The translations under genes and the position numbers were made by a program. A stretch of DNA of 64,000 nucleotides from a virus (lineage: Duplodnaviria; Caudoviricetes), in the IMG/VR virus record IMGVR_UViG_2708742532_000007, positions 20,528-84,527 of that record. One strand, written 5' to 3'. The notes below the pieces were generated by a model. That model was not told where the DNA came from. It worked only from the letters and a program-made list of their open reading frames with translations, and made no database searches. Below, piece by piece: positions 49,680 to 60,453 of the stretch; position 1 is the stretch's first letter, and every line of letters begins with the position of its first letter.

Positions 49680-52600
49680 ATGTGCAAAACTTGTGAACTA
49701 CACAAAGGAGACGTTTGGATATGCACATGCGAAGGTGAATGTACTTGTCGTATCGAGCTTCACGCACATACAGACGTTAGTAATATACGATTATTAGATA
49801 GTATCAACTCTGTTAAGGAGCTGATACAGACAGCGTGGGATATTGGTCTTAAAGGTTTAGCTATCACTGACCACGAAGCCCTTTCAGCACACGTAAAAGC
49901 CATTCAGACGGTTCGTGAGCTAAAGGAAAAGGGTAAGATAGGGAAAGACTTTAAATTGATTCTAGGCAATGAGATATACCTTGTAAATAGCTTAGAAGAA
50001 GTTAGAGATAATTATCAATCAGGTGTAACTAAATTCCCTCACTATCTCCTTTTAGCTAAGAACAAAGAAGGTCATGAAGCTCTCCGTATTTTATCCTCAA
50101 AAGCATGGGAGAACTCATTTTACACAGGTACTATGGAGCGAGTACCAACAGTCAAAAAAGACCTTGAAGCGATTGTAAAGCAGTTCCCTAATACACTGAT
50201 TGCTACAACTGCTTGCTTAGGCTCTGAAAGCTCTTACTATATCCTAGAAGCTGATAAGGCTCGTTTAGAAGGGGATGTACAAAAGAAACAATATAATATA
50301 AAAAAATTAATGTATTTTATTGAGTGGAACATTGAGCTACATGGTAAAGATAACTTTTATCTTGAACTACAACCAAGTGCTGATTATGAGCAATCAACAG
50401 TAAACAAAGTGCTTATCAAGTTAGCACGAAAATATGGTTTAAAACTAATTATCACCAATGACGCTCACTATCTACGACCTGAGGACATGCCTATTCATGG
50501 AGCATACCTAAACTCAAAACAAGATGAACGTGAGACTGTTTCATTCTATGCTCATACTTACTTGCACAAGGCTAGTGAGATTTATGCGAAAATGAGCTAT
50601 TTAGATAAAGATGTTGTCAAAGAAGCTTTGAAAAATACAATGGCTATAGGAAAAATGATTTGTGACTACACAATTGAGGGTGACACTATCATTCCTGTAG
50701 CTAAGTTACCTGAGTTTGAGGTGGCTCACCTATTTAAAGGTGGCTATAAGAAATATGGCTACATTGAAAAAATGGCACACTCTGATAATGAACAAGATAG
50801 ATACTTGCTTCATTTAATCGAGAAGGGCTTCAAAGAGAAAATTCCTTATCGTGAAATGTCAAAAGAAGCATTTCATGAAGTAATGGCTCGAATAAACATA
50901 GAGCTAGAAGAACTTTGGGAAATGTCGATTATCCTAAATCAATCAATGGCTAGTTATTATGTTACAGTCGCTAAAATCATTGAGCTAATTTGGGGTGATG
51001 ATTGCGGTGAAGCTTCACGAGAAGAAGGTTCAATTGTGGGTGCAGGGCGAGGTTCTGCTGTAGCTTTTTTAATCAACTATTTAACTGATGTTACTCAAGT
51101 AAACCCAATGCTTTATGGTATTGAAGTTCCCCATTGGCGACACTTACACAAGTCTAAGCCTGATATTTCCGCGTTGGATATTGATATTGATGTAACTTCA
51201 ACTAAAAAAGGCTTCCTCTTTGACCGAATGAGAGATTTCTTTGGTAAGAAACAAGTTATCCAAGTATGTACTTTCGGTACTGAGAAAGCAAAATCTGCGG
51301 TTCAAACAGCCTGTCGTGGTTTAAGTATTGATAGAGATGTAGGTTTATATATTGCTTCACTTATTCCTGTAGAACGTGGCGATATGTGGCCACTGAAAGA
51401 TTGTCTTTATGGAAATGAAGAAAAAGGTAGGAAACCTATCAAACAACTTATTGATGAAATCGACATGTATCCAAGACTACGTGAAACAGCTTTAAAGATT
51501 GAGGGATTAATCAACAAGCGCTCAATCCATGCAGGCGGTGTACTTGTTCTTAATGAAGAATACACCAAGATGAATGCAATGATGAAAGCACCGAATGGAA
51601 CACCTATCACACAGTTTAACTTAAATGATAGTCAGGCATGTGGAGCTATCAAGTTCGATATTCTTACAATTGAGGGTAACGATAAGATTCAAGAGTGTAT
51701 GGAACTTCTATTAAAATATGGTGAGATTGAGTGGCAAGGGACACTTCGAAAAACATTCCATAAATACTTCCATCCTGAAATCATTGACAAGAGTAACCCT
51801 GGGTTATTTAAGATGATTGGTGAAGATAAGATTGTTGACTTATTCCAGTTTTCAACACAATTAGGCCAGGCTGTTATCAAGAAAGCTCAACCTAGAAGCC
51901 TTATTGAGCTTGTATCATTGAACTCTATCATGCGACTTATGTCAGAGGGTGAAGAACAACCAATTGATACATTCATTCGATACAAGAATGATATTAACCT
52001 TTGGTATGAAGAAATGCGCCAACATGGTTTAACTAAAAAAGAAGTCGCTATTTTTGAGAAGTACCTAAAAGCTTTAAACGGTGTAGCTGATACACAAGAA
52101 GCTGTAATGCTTATGGCTATGGATAAAAACATAGCAGGATTCACCGTTAAAGAAGCTAACTACCTTCGTAAAGGTATAGCCAAGAAAAAGGCAGATGTAC
52201 AGGAAGAAGTAAAACAAAAGCTATTCTTATGGGGGAGAGAACGAGGAACCCGTGATGAAGTAATAGATTATTTATGGTTACAGATTTCACGAATGTTAGG
52301 TTACGCTTTCTCGATTCCTCACACTTTAGCGTATACTCTTATAGCTATGGTTGAAGCGAATCTATCATACAATTACAATCCTCTGTATTGGCAAACAGCA
52401 TGCCTAACGGTTAACTCGGGCTCTTTGGAGGTAGAAGAAGACGCGAAACAGAAGTCAACCAACTATGGCAAAGTAGCAGAAGCCATAGGAAAGATGAAAG
52501 GTCGTGGTATTAATATATCACAACCATTCATCAATCGAGCTGAGTTCGGCTTTGTACCTGATATTGCAAATGACCGTATTATCTTCTCGATTAAAGGTAT

Positions 52601-53717
52601 TGTAGGAATTGGAGATGAAGTAGCTCATACAATTCTTGCTAATCGCCCTTTCGCTTCGTTTGAAGACTTCTATGAGCGTATGTATGTTGAGAAGCGAATA
52701 CAGAAAAAGCACGTTATCCAACTCATTAAAGCAGGTGCATTTAACGAGTTTGGTCAACCAAGATATATTATGAGAGATTTCTTATTAAAAGAAATCGGCA
52801 TAAAAGAGAGCCTGAATATGCAGAACATGAAGTCTATCATTGATTTAGGATTGTTAGATAATCCTGATTTGCATATCTATAAAGAGCTATTCAACTTTAA
52901 AGAGTATATCTCAAAGAGTGTTGTTCGAGTGGAAAAAGCATCAAACAAATGCAGTAAGACAGGGTTTTCTAAAGATAAGATTCTAGGGCTAGATGAAATT
53001 GCAAAGCAATTTTATGAGAAAACGTTTGACGGTAGTTCTGTTCGTGGATATAATTATGTTACTCTTGAAATATCGGAGAAACAATTCACTAAAGAGTATA
53101 ATGAAAAGATAAAGCCTTTCAAAGAGCTAATAACTACGAAAGAGTTCATCAAACTTTATAATGAAGCCATGTTTAAGAGAGAGTGGTACAAAACAGCTAA
53201 AGGCTCAGTATCTAAATGGGAAATGGATTCTATCTCATATTATGAGAATGATCATGAGTTAATCAATGTGAACATGGAGAAATACAACATTGTTAACTTC
53301 TTTGAACTTAATGAAAAACCTGTAGTAGTAGGATATTCGCATTTCAAAGATAACAACATTCCTAAGCAGAAGGTCTTTACTATTGTTGGTACTGTACTTG
53401 ACAGAAACAAAGCAAGACATACAATTACTGTATTAACACCTCATGGTGTAGTTACTGTGAAAACATATGCAGGAGCTTTTGCTCACTATGATAAACAGAT
53501 TTCACGCAAAAAAGGCGAGAAAAAAGAAGTGATTGAGAAGTCGTGGTTCACTCGCGGTAATCTAGTGTTGCTCAATGGTTTCCGCAGAGAAGAACAATTT
53601 GTATTGAAAACTTACAAAGTCAAAGGTGAAGAAGTTCAACACACTGTAAACCTAATACTAGGTGTTGAGAAAAATGGTGACTTAATTCTTCAAGATGAAA
53701 GAGCAAGAGCTTACTAG
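49680..53717 (+). CDS. dnaE: DNA polymerase III alpha subunit (YorL-like)
   Basis: PHP (ELHAHT, AITDH, TNDAHY), GAGRGSA, DIDID, SIHAGG, KFDIL, GYAFS..H, C-terminal OB. Confidence 0.95.
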   Translation: MCKTCELHKGDVWICTCEGECTCRIELHAHTDVSNIRLLDSINSVKELIQTAWDIGLKGLAITDHEALSAHVKAIQTVRELKEKGKIGKDFKLILGNEIYLVNSLEEVRDNYQSGVTKFPHYLLLAKNKEGHEALRILSSKAWENSFYTGTMERVPTVKKDLEAIVKQFPNTLIATTACLGSESSYYILEADKARLEGDVQKKQYNIKKLMYFIEWNIELHGKDNFYLELQPSADYEQSTVNKVLIKLARKYGLKLIITNDAHYLRPEDMPIHGAYLNSKQDERETVSFYAHTYLHKASEIYAKMSYLDKDVVKEALKNTMAIGKMICDYTIEGDTIIPVAKLPEFEVAHLFKGGYKKYGYIEKMAHSDNEQDRYLLHLIEKGFKEKIPYREMSKEAFHEVMARINIELEELWEMSIILNQSMASYYVTVAKIIELIWGDDCGEASREEGSIVGAGRGSAVAFLINYLTDVTQVNPMLYGIEVPHWRHLHKSKPDISALDIDIDVTSTKKGFLFDRMRDFFGKKQVIQVCTFGTEKAKSAVQTACRGLSIDRDVGLYIASLIPVERGDMWPLKDCLYGNEEKGRKPIKQLIDEIDMYPRLRETALKIEGLINKRSIHAGGVLVLNEEYTKMNAMMKAPNGTPITQFNLNDSQACGAIKFDILTIEGNDKIQECMELLLKYGEIEWQGTLRKTFHKYFHPEIIDKSNPGLFKMIGEDKIVDLFQFSTQLGQAVIKKAQPRSLIELVSLNSIMRLMSEGEEQPIDTFIRYKNDINLWYEEMRQHGLTKKEVAIFEKYLKALNGVADTQEAVMLMAMDKNIAGFTVKEANYLRKGIAKKKADVQEEVKQKLFLWGRERGTRDEVIDYLWLQISRMLGYAFSIPHTLAYTLIAMVEANLSYNYNPLYWQTACLTVNSGSLEVEEDAKQKSTNYGKVAEAIGKMKGRGINISQPFINRAEFGFVPDIANDRIIFSIKGIVGIGDEVAHTILANRPFASFEDFYERMYVEKRIQKKHVIQLIKAGAFNEFGQPRYIMRDFLLKEIGIKESLNMQNMKSIIDLGLLDNPDLHIYKELFNFKEYISKSVVRVEKASNKCSKTGFSKDKILGLDEIAKQFYEKTFDGSSVRGYNYVTLEISEKQFTKEYNEKIKPFKELITTKEFIKLYNEAMFKREWYKTAKGSVSKWEMDSISYYENDHELINVNMEKYNIVNFFELNEKPVVVGYSHFKDNNIPKQKVFTIVGTVLDRNKARHTITVLTPHGVVTVKTYAGAFAHYDKQISRKKGEKKEVIEKSWFTRGNLVLLNGFRREEQFVLKTYKVKGEEVQHTVNLILGVEKNGDLILQDERARAY

Positions 53718-53834
53718 GCTCATATTCTTACTACAGGAAGGAAGGAAGTTATATTCTATAAATGAAATTCAAGACATATGTCTATGTTTCAAATGTGACA
53801 AAGTAAGATTTCGTAGAATTTAGCGACAAGTTTA

Positions 53835-54614
53835 ATGAAAAACACTAAGGTATCAAAAGTAATGTTATCAACTCTAGTGACAGGAGGGTTAGTTTCTATT
53901 TCATTAGTTTTTAATGTAACAGGCTATGAAGTAGAAGCACCGAATATAACAAAAGGAGAAACACAAATTGAGCTACCTTCAAGTGCTTTAGTTCCAACGT
54001 TTAAATCACCTGAACAGTCAGCAAAAGAAATCAAAGCTGAGGGCGAAAAACTCCAATATGAACGAGAAGAAAGAGTACGAATCGAGCATGAAAAAGCAAG
54101 ATTAGCAGAAGAAGCTCGTTTAGCAAAGATTGAAGCAGAACGCAAAGCCAAAGAAGAAGCAGAGCGTAAAGCACGTGAGGAAGCTGAATGCAAGCGTCAA
54201 GCAATGCTACAGCGACGAAGAGAAATAGCGAGGCAAAAGCAAATAGCATACCAAAAGCAACAAACAAATGCGCAACCTCAAAAACAAGCGCTAGCAACAA
54301 ATGGTGTAGAGTTCAATGGTAGCTACTACACACCATATTGTAACGGTTGCTCAGGTGTTACAGCAACAGGCTATGATGTTCGTAGTTCGATTTATGTTGA
54401 TGGTATGCGAGTAATTGCTGTAGATCCCCGTGTTATCCCTTTGTACTCTATTGTTGAGGTTTCAACACCTAACGAGAAATTTAGGGCAATTGCTTTGGAC
54501 ACTGGTGGAGCAATCAAAGGTCACAAGGTTGATATTCTTGTAGCTGACAAACAAACAGCTTATAACTTAGGTAGACATACTGTTTACGTTAAAGTGATAA
54601 GAAACGGCAAATAG
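53835..54614 (+). CDS. Secreted 3D-domain (MltA-like/Sps) protein with coiled-coil stalk (YorM-like)
   Basis: Signal/TM N-terminus; CNGCSGVTATG, IAVDPRVIPL, ALDTGGAIKGHKVDILV. Confidence 0.88.
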   Translation: MKNTKVSKVMLSTLVTGGLVSISLVFNVTGYEVEAPNITKGETQIELPSSALVPTFKSPEQSAKEIKAEGEKLQYEREERVRIEHEKARLAEEARLAKIEAERKAKEEAERKAREEAECKRQAMLQRRREIARQKQIAYQKQQTNAQPQKQALATNGVEFNGSYYTPYCNGCSGVTATGYDVRSSIYVDGMRVIAVDPRVIPLYSIVEVSTPNEKFRAIALDTGGAIKGHKVDILVADKQTAYNLGRHTVYVKVIRNGK

Positions 54615-54766
54615 TTTCTTCAAAACTTTAAAAAGTAATATAATGATATAAAATAGGGTATGGAGTTATGGTTGCGGTTTTCCTCTATACCCATTTTTGT
54701 TTAAGGAGAAACACTATGGTGAATAAAGAGAAACTTATTTAATAAATAATTGATGAACTGACTAGC

Positions 54767-54970
54767 GTGGATTATAAGGGCTATCCATTGGGTGTAAATG
54801 GATTCACTGACGAAGTACGAACCAGGCTTGAAACAACTAAAATAAATAATGTTGAAGTACAGTATTTCCGAGATTCACAATATGCTGACGGTGAACCATC
54901 TGTAATCGTTCCCTCAATTCAAAGGGGGTTCGCCATGATGAAACTGAGCTTAGCTACTACTGAACTATAA
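54767..54970 (+). pseudogene. Probable fragment of a small phage gene
   Basis: Upstream AAGGAG/ATG at about 54716 is interrupted by a stop; 67-aa remnant. Confidence 0.35.
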
Positions 54971-55095
54971 AAATATTAGGGGGAAGCATTTACTTTATAA
55001 AGGTAACATGATAATATGTTTATAACTTATAGTGGTTAATGTAAACTCATTTGTACAGATGAGAATTCTCGTTCAATCAACAAAAAAGTAATATA

Positions 55096-55652
55096 ATGAT
55101 ATATATAAGTGAAGCGAGAGATATGGTAGATGAAACAATTGAAGAAAACGAAATGCAACAATGGGAATCACTTAATCCAATAAGTTCAATGCAAGAAATT
55201 TTAGGTTTAATGCAAACTTTAGAACAAAACTTTTTCATAGCCAAAAAAATGGAGGAAGGCTTAAATAATCGACAAGGCGATTTATTACATGCACTTGAAC
55301 TTGACCTAGATAGAAAAGAAATTAATGCTGTTTACAGGGCGAAACGCGAAATACGATTTAAGCGCAGAGATATAAAAGACATACTGATTAATTTAGTAGA
55401 AGCTCAAAACTTTATCAAAGCAAATTACAAATTTATTAATGAGTGTAATGAAGCCATAAAAAAAATGCAACGCACATCTCAGAAGGTTTCTAATCGCAAG
55501 TACTCTTATGCAATTGTGAAGCACTAGCAAAGGTCATTGATTTGGAAAATCACCCTGATATTATTCCTTTTATCCCACAAGAAGAAAGACAAAGTACAGA
55601 ATTAATGTCACAAGTTGAAAAGTTCAGTCAAAGATGGGGTAAACAAAAGTGA
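55096..55652 (+). pseudogene. Coiled-coil hypothetical gene with a 3' frameshift
   Basis: After RKYSY another frame continues NCEALAKVIDLENHPD...WGKQK* to about 55652. Confidence 0.5.
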
Positions 55653-56234
55653 TAGACATTATTTTTGGGAGGAGGTGAAACCTATGAAACGTAATAGATT
55701 CAGAGTTTCACGCTTAATAAAAAGGATGAAAAATAATGTGATGACATAAGCTGAAGGTGATGCATCTACCTCAATATGTTATGAATAAATTACACAATGG
55801 AGAACAAGAGATTGTTATTCCAATTTGTAGGCAACTGCATGATAAATGTCTAGTTGATTATCTAAAAGAGTATCATAACAAGTTTAACTATTGGTAACTG
55901 GGAATAAAGGGAAAGATAATGACAGAAATAATTGAACAAAAGAAGTATAAGGGTAAACTCAAGGAAGAATACGCATTGAAGATATGTACAAAGGTGTAGC
56001 ACTTGCGCTTTATGTAGCAGGTTATCAATTGTTCTTCATGGGAGCTGTTGACATGAGTTATGTCGATAATTGAAATGTTCCAATCAGGTGCTACTAAAGT
56101 ATTGGAAATATAAGGAGTTTGAGGCTTTGTTAAAATTTGTTCCAACTCATATAGCATGGGCTATCTTAATAACCATAACAGCAATATCAGTAATATTGGG
56201 AGAGTACAAATAGGGTTGGTTAGGAGCATAAGAA

Positions 56235-56564
56235 ATGACTAGAACAACAGCTAGACAAAAAGTACTTGAAGCACTACAAAACACACCAAGCGGTTTAACA
56301 AACAATGAATTGATTAAAATATCACCTAGTTTTAGAGCAAGGTTATCAGAGCTTTATGAGGAAGGTCATATTATTGAAAAAACACCACTACAAAATGGGG
56401 TGAATCTGTACCGATACAAAGGCTTTGAGAAAAAAAAGCTAAAAGATGCTTATAGTTCTTTGGTTCATGTTCTTTACGAAAATGGTCACAAAGATGTTGT
56501 GGAAAAGCTATCTACAATTTTAGGAGAAGCTAATGTAGTCCTTCACAGAAAAACACTGAAATAA
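56235..56564 (+). CDS. Winged-HTH hypothetical protein
   Basis: AGGAG RBS; GLTNNELIKI...RARLSELYEEGHII. Confidence 0.7.
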   Translation: MTRTTARQKVLEALQNTPSGLTNNELIKISPSFRARLSELYEEGHIIEKTPLQNGVNLYRYKGFEKKKLKDAYSSLVHVLYENGHKDVVEKLSTILGEANVVLHRKTLK

Positions 56565-57074
56565 GTTATTAAATCAATAAGAATCACAGTTAAAGCTGTT
56601 GACATAGATAAGTAACTAATGGAGAGGGTTGTTTAAAATGGAATCAGTTGAAATGGTGACATTATAAAAGCAGAACATGTACATCTGCTAGAAAAAAATG
56701 TGCTTCTTAATTATTAACAAGCTTGTGGTATAGATAATTGGAGTGGCTATGGTGAAGCAATGAATGATGGAGGAGAAGAATAATGTTATTACTAAATAAT
56801 TATGACTTTACTATCAATCGCTTTCCTAATGGAGAGTAGAATCTCCTTAATATCTAGGAAGCAATCGTATTTTCAAAGCATAAAAGGTACATCACTTCAT
56901 ATTAAAATATCGAAGTGAAAGATTAGTTAAGGTTAATCAAATATATATATAAGGTGCATAATGGTATGTTAAATTACGATCAAGAGCAAGTTATGATAAA
57001 CTCAATCCTTGATAGAAGGAGCAAACACTTAGCACAATTAGAGCGTGATTCTGCTTCTTCCGAGGTGAAATATT

Positions 57075-57221
57075 ATGGCTAAACTAACGGACGAAACATT
57101 GGATTGGTTAGGTGATATGTTTGTTGAGAATGAGATTCTTGATAGGCATGGTGTTACTTTCGAGACGTTTGTGAATTGGTGGAAGATAGGTTTGCTAGAA
57201 AAATATGATTTAGTATTTTAA
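57075..57221 (+). CDS. Small hypothetical phage protein (48 aa)
   Basis: Read by hand: GAGGTG RBS, MAKLTDETLDWLGDMFVENEILDRHGVTFETFVNWWKIGLLEKYDLVF. Confidence 0.55.
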   Translation: MAKLTDETLDWLGDMFVENEILDRHGVTFETFVNWWKIGLLEKYDLVF

Positions 57222-57278
57222 AAAACTTATTAAAAGCAATATAATAATATCAAATGTTATTAATTTAATTTAGAGGCG

Positions 57279-57698
57279 GTGAGAAACATGACAAACTATA
57301 ACACTCAAAGGTTCGCAATAGAAGTTGAAATTATCACTACTAAATTAGTGGAAACACTTAAAAGTAAGAATGCTGATTATGGCAACAATGTTGACAAAAA
57401 CATTGACGAATGGGGATTATCTTCATTAGCTATTCGCTTAGATGATAAACTCAGTCGATTCAAAAATCTAATCAAAGAAAGTAAAACTCGCCAAGTGTCA
57501 GATGAAGCTATCGAAGATACTTTATTAGACCTAGCAGGGTACGCGATCTTAGGTTATCGCAAAATGCAAGAAATGAACCATAAAGTTGTAGATAAGATTG
57601 ACAAAGAGGTTGCAACAGTAATCGAAAAAGCATTAAAAGAAGCTACAACTCAAGATAAACGAACATTAGGATCAACAACTTTTACGTTCAACTGTTAA
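57279..57698 (+). CDS. Nucleotide-modification-associated domain 1 (DUF1599-like, all-alpha NTP-PPase fold) protein
   Basis: KNADYG...IRLDDKLSR...DEAIEDTLLDLAGYAIL. Confidence 0.8.
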   Translation: MRNMTNYNTQRFAIEVEIITTKLVETLKSKNADYGNNVDKNIDEWGLSSLAIRLDDKLSRFKNLIKESKTRQVSDEAIEDTLLDLAGYAILGYRKMQEMNHKVVDKIDKEVATVIEKALKEATTQDKRTLGSTTFTFNC

Positions 57699-57739
57699 AA
57701 GTTATATAATGATGTATTTAAAAGGGGGATGTTTTTAAC

Positions 57740-57964
57740 GTGGTTATTCTTTATACACGCACAGTATGCCCAAAGTGTACTTTAATCAAAACACTTCTTG
57801 ATTCAGCAGAGGTGGCATACGAACAAGTCAACTTAGACTTTGATGAAAAAGCAGAAGTGGAGCTAAAGGAAAAAGGATTCATGGGCCTACCTATCGCACT
57901 TGATGAAGGTCAATATTATGCTGACGTTCCTTCAATTCAGGCTTTCATTGCTCAAAAGGCATGA
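57740..57964 (+). CDS. nrdH: Glutaredoxin-like NrdH redoxin
   Basis: LYTRTVCPKC, GFMGLP; heads the nrd cluster. Confidence 0.85.
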   Translation: MVILYTRTVCPKCTLIKTLLDSAEVAYEQVNLDFDEKAEVELKEKGFMGLPIALDEGQYYADVPSIQAFIAQKA

Positions 57965-58344
57965 TAGCCTACGCTAGTAGAACAGGTAACGTGAGAGATA
58001 TTGTGGGAAGACTAGATAAGTCTATTCCTATAAGGGAGATTACAGCTAGTACTATTGTTCAAGACCCCTATTACTTACTAACTTATACAGATAAGCTAGG
58101 GGAAGCGCCTGAGGTAGTAAGACAATTCCTATCTTCACATGAAGAAAATAGGGAAAATCTTAGAGGTGTAATCGCAAGTGGTAACACAAATTTTGGAAAG
58201 CGGAATTTTTGTGGCTCTGCTATTGAGATCTCTCAGTGGTTAAGAGTTCCAATAATACGCATGATTGATCTGCGAGGTAATCAGGATGATATAGCAACTA
58301 TTAGCAGTAGCTATAGAAAAATGATTGCAGGTGAACAAGTTTGA
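57961..58344 (+). CDS. nrdI: Flavodoxin NrdI
   Basis: YASRTGNV, LTYT, RGVIASGNTNFG..FC. Confidence 0.93.
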   Translation: MIAYASRTGNVRDIVGRLDKSIPIREITASTIVQDPYYLLTYTDKLGEAPEVVRQFLSSHEENRENLRGVIASGNTNFGKRNFCGSAIEISQWLRVPIIRMIDLRGNQDDIATISSSYRKMIAGEQV

Positions 58345-60434
58345 AAAATTATTTAATGTTAAACAACGAGGTTCTTAATACTTACAAAACATTGGGTATT
58401 ATTGACCGAAAGAAGGACAGAGAAGCTACAAGTGACTTCTTCTTTGAAGAGATCAATCGTAAAACAATGTTCTTCCATACGCTTGAAGAAAAGATTAACT
58501 ACATAAAGCGTGAGAATTATTATGAAAAGGAATTCTTAGACAAATATTCATTTAAGTTTGTCAAGAAAATCTTCAAACTAGCTTATGATTATAAGTTTAG
58601 ATTCCCAACGTTTATGAGTGCTAGTAAGTTCTACAGCTCATATGCACTAAAAACTCGTGATGGAAACAATTTCTTAGAGCGGTATGAAGATAGAATGGCT
58701 ATAGTTGCCTTATATCTAGCTCAAGGTAAGCGTAAAGACGCTGAGGATTGGATTCATTACTTAATGCGTAGTTACCAACCTGCAACACCAACTTTCATTA
58801 ATGTTGGTAAGAAAGCTCGCGGTGAGTTTGTGTCATGTTTCAAGATTGCTATGGCAGACAACATGAACTCAATCGCTCACAATATCGGAAATGCTCTACA
58901 GCTGTCGAAGCTAGGTGGTGGGGTTGGTATTTCACTAACTGATTTACGTTGTGCAAAGGACCCAATCAAAGGCATTGAAAACCGAGCGTCAGGTGTTATA
59001 CCTGTTGCTAAGTTGCTAGAGAACTCATTCTCATATGCAAATCAATTAGGTCAACGAGCAGGTTCAGGCGTTATTTGGCTCAATGTGTTTCATGGTGATA
59101 TTGAGGACTTTATCTCAGCTAAGAAACCAAATGCAGATGAAAAGATTCGCCTTGCTACTTTAAGTACAGGTATCATTTTCCCTGATATTTTCTTCGAGTT
59201 AGCTCGTCAGGATAAGGATATTGTTCTATTCTCTCCTTATGATATTAAGAATGAGTATGGTAAAACTATGTCTGAAATCTCGATTACTGACATGTACTAC
59301 GAGTTACTTGATAACCCTAACATTCGAAAACTGAAACGCATTAATGCACGTAAGTTATACACTGACATTAAGAAATCTCAAATTGAGAGTGGTTATCCAT
59401 TCGAAATGTTTGATGATAATGTCAACAAAGCACACCCATTGAAAAAGATTGGGCGAGTGAAAATCACTAACCTATGTACAGAAATCATGCAATTAATGGA
59501 AACCTCTGAAATCAATGATTATGATGAAGTAGATATTATTGGTCTTGATGTAAGTTGTAACTTAGGCTCACTTGATATTCACAATGCAGTTAAAGAAGAA
59601 GACTTCGATAAGTTAGTTAACGCTTCAATGCGGATGCTTACACAAGTTTCTCTATTAACTAACATTAACAATGTGCCTGCGGTTGCTCGTGCTAACCAAG
59701 AAATGCACTCAGTAGGATTAGGTGTTATGAACCTCCATGGTCACTTTGTTTCTCAGGGTATCATGTATGGAAGCGAGGAAGCCAACGAGTTCATTGACGC
59801 TTTCTTCACTGCATTAAACTACTACTCTATTAAGGCTTCTGTAGAGATTGCAAAGGAACGTAAGAACAAATTCTATCGTTTCGAAGATTCTGAGTACGCA
59901 AGTGGTGAATACTTCGAGCATTACTACAGAAAAGAACTAGTAATTACTTCTGAAAAAGCTAAACAGGCGCTAGGCAATGTTCCAATCATCACTATAGCCA
60001 TGTGGAAAAAATTAGCTCAAGAAGTTAAAAAGCATGGTATGTTCCATGCATACAGATTGGCAATTGCACCTACAGGTTCAATTAGTTACATTAGAAGCTC
60101 AAGTGCTTCAATGTCACCAATCACAGAGCGTGTAGAAGTGCGAGACTACGCTGATTCGAGAACAATTTACCCCATGCCTTACCTTGATAATAACAACAAA
60201 CATCTTTATGTTGAAGCATACGATATGGATATGTTTAAGATGATTGATTCCTACGCAATCGCTCAGAAACACGTTGATCAAGCTATTTCAATGACATTGT
60301 ACATTAAAGATAATTGGACAACAGAACAGTTAGCTAAAGTGTATATTTACGCATGGCTAAAAGGGATTAAATCAGTCTACTATGTGCGACAACGTATGCA
60401 AACAATTGAAGAATGTGAAAGTTGTTCAGTATAA
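58341..60434 (+). CDS. nrdE: Class Ib ribonucleotide reductase alpha
   Basis: YQPATPTF, VSCF, LSKLGGGVG, TNLCTEI, SCNLGS, APTGSISY, C-terminal CESC. Confidence 0.97.
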   Translation: MKNYLMLNNEVLNTYKTLGIIDRKKDREATSDFFFEEINRKTMFFHTLEEKINYIKRENYYEKEFLDKYSFKFVKKIFKLAYDYKFRFPTFMSASKFYSSYALKTRDGNNFLERYEDRMAIVALYLAQGKRKDAEDWIHYLMRSYQPATPTFINVGKKARGEFVSCFKIAMADNMNSIAHNIGNALQLSKLGGGVGISLTDLRCAKDPIKGIENRASGVIPVAKLLENSFSYANQLGQRAGSGVIWLNVFHGDIEDFISAKKPNADEKIRLATLSTGIIFPDIFFELARQDKDIVLFSPYDIKNEYGKTMSEISITDMYYELLDNPNIRKLKRINARKLYTDIKKSQIESGYPFEMFDDNVNKAHPLKKIGRVKITNLCTEIMQLMETSEINDYDEVDIIGLDVSCNLGSLDIHNAVKEEDFDKLVNASMRMLTQVSLLTNINNVPAVARANQEMHSVGLGVMNLHGHFVSQGIMYGSEEANEFIDAFFTALNYYSIKASVEIAKERKNKFYRFEDSEYASGEYFEHYYRKELVITSEKAKQALGNVPIITIAMWKKLAQEVKKHGMFHAYRLAIAPTGSISYIRSSSASMSPITERVEVRDYADSRTIYPMPYLDNNNKHLYVEAYDMDMFKMIDSYAIAQKHVDQAISMTLYIKDNWTTEQLAKVYIYAWLKGIKSVYYVRQRMQTIEECESCSV

Positions 60435-60453
60435 AAGAAGGTGTTATAGATAA

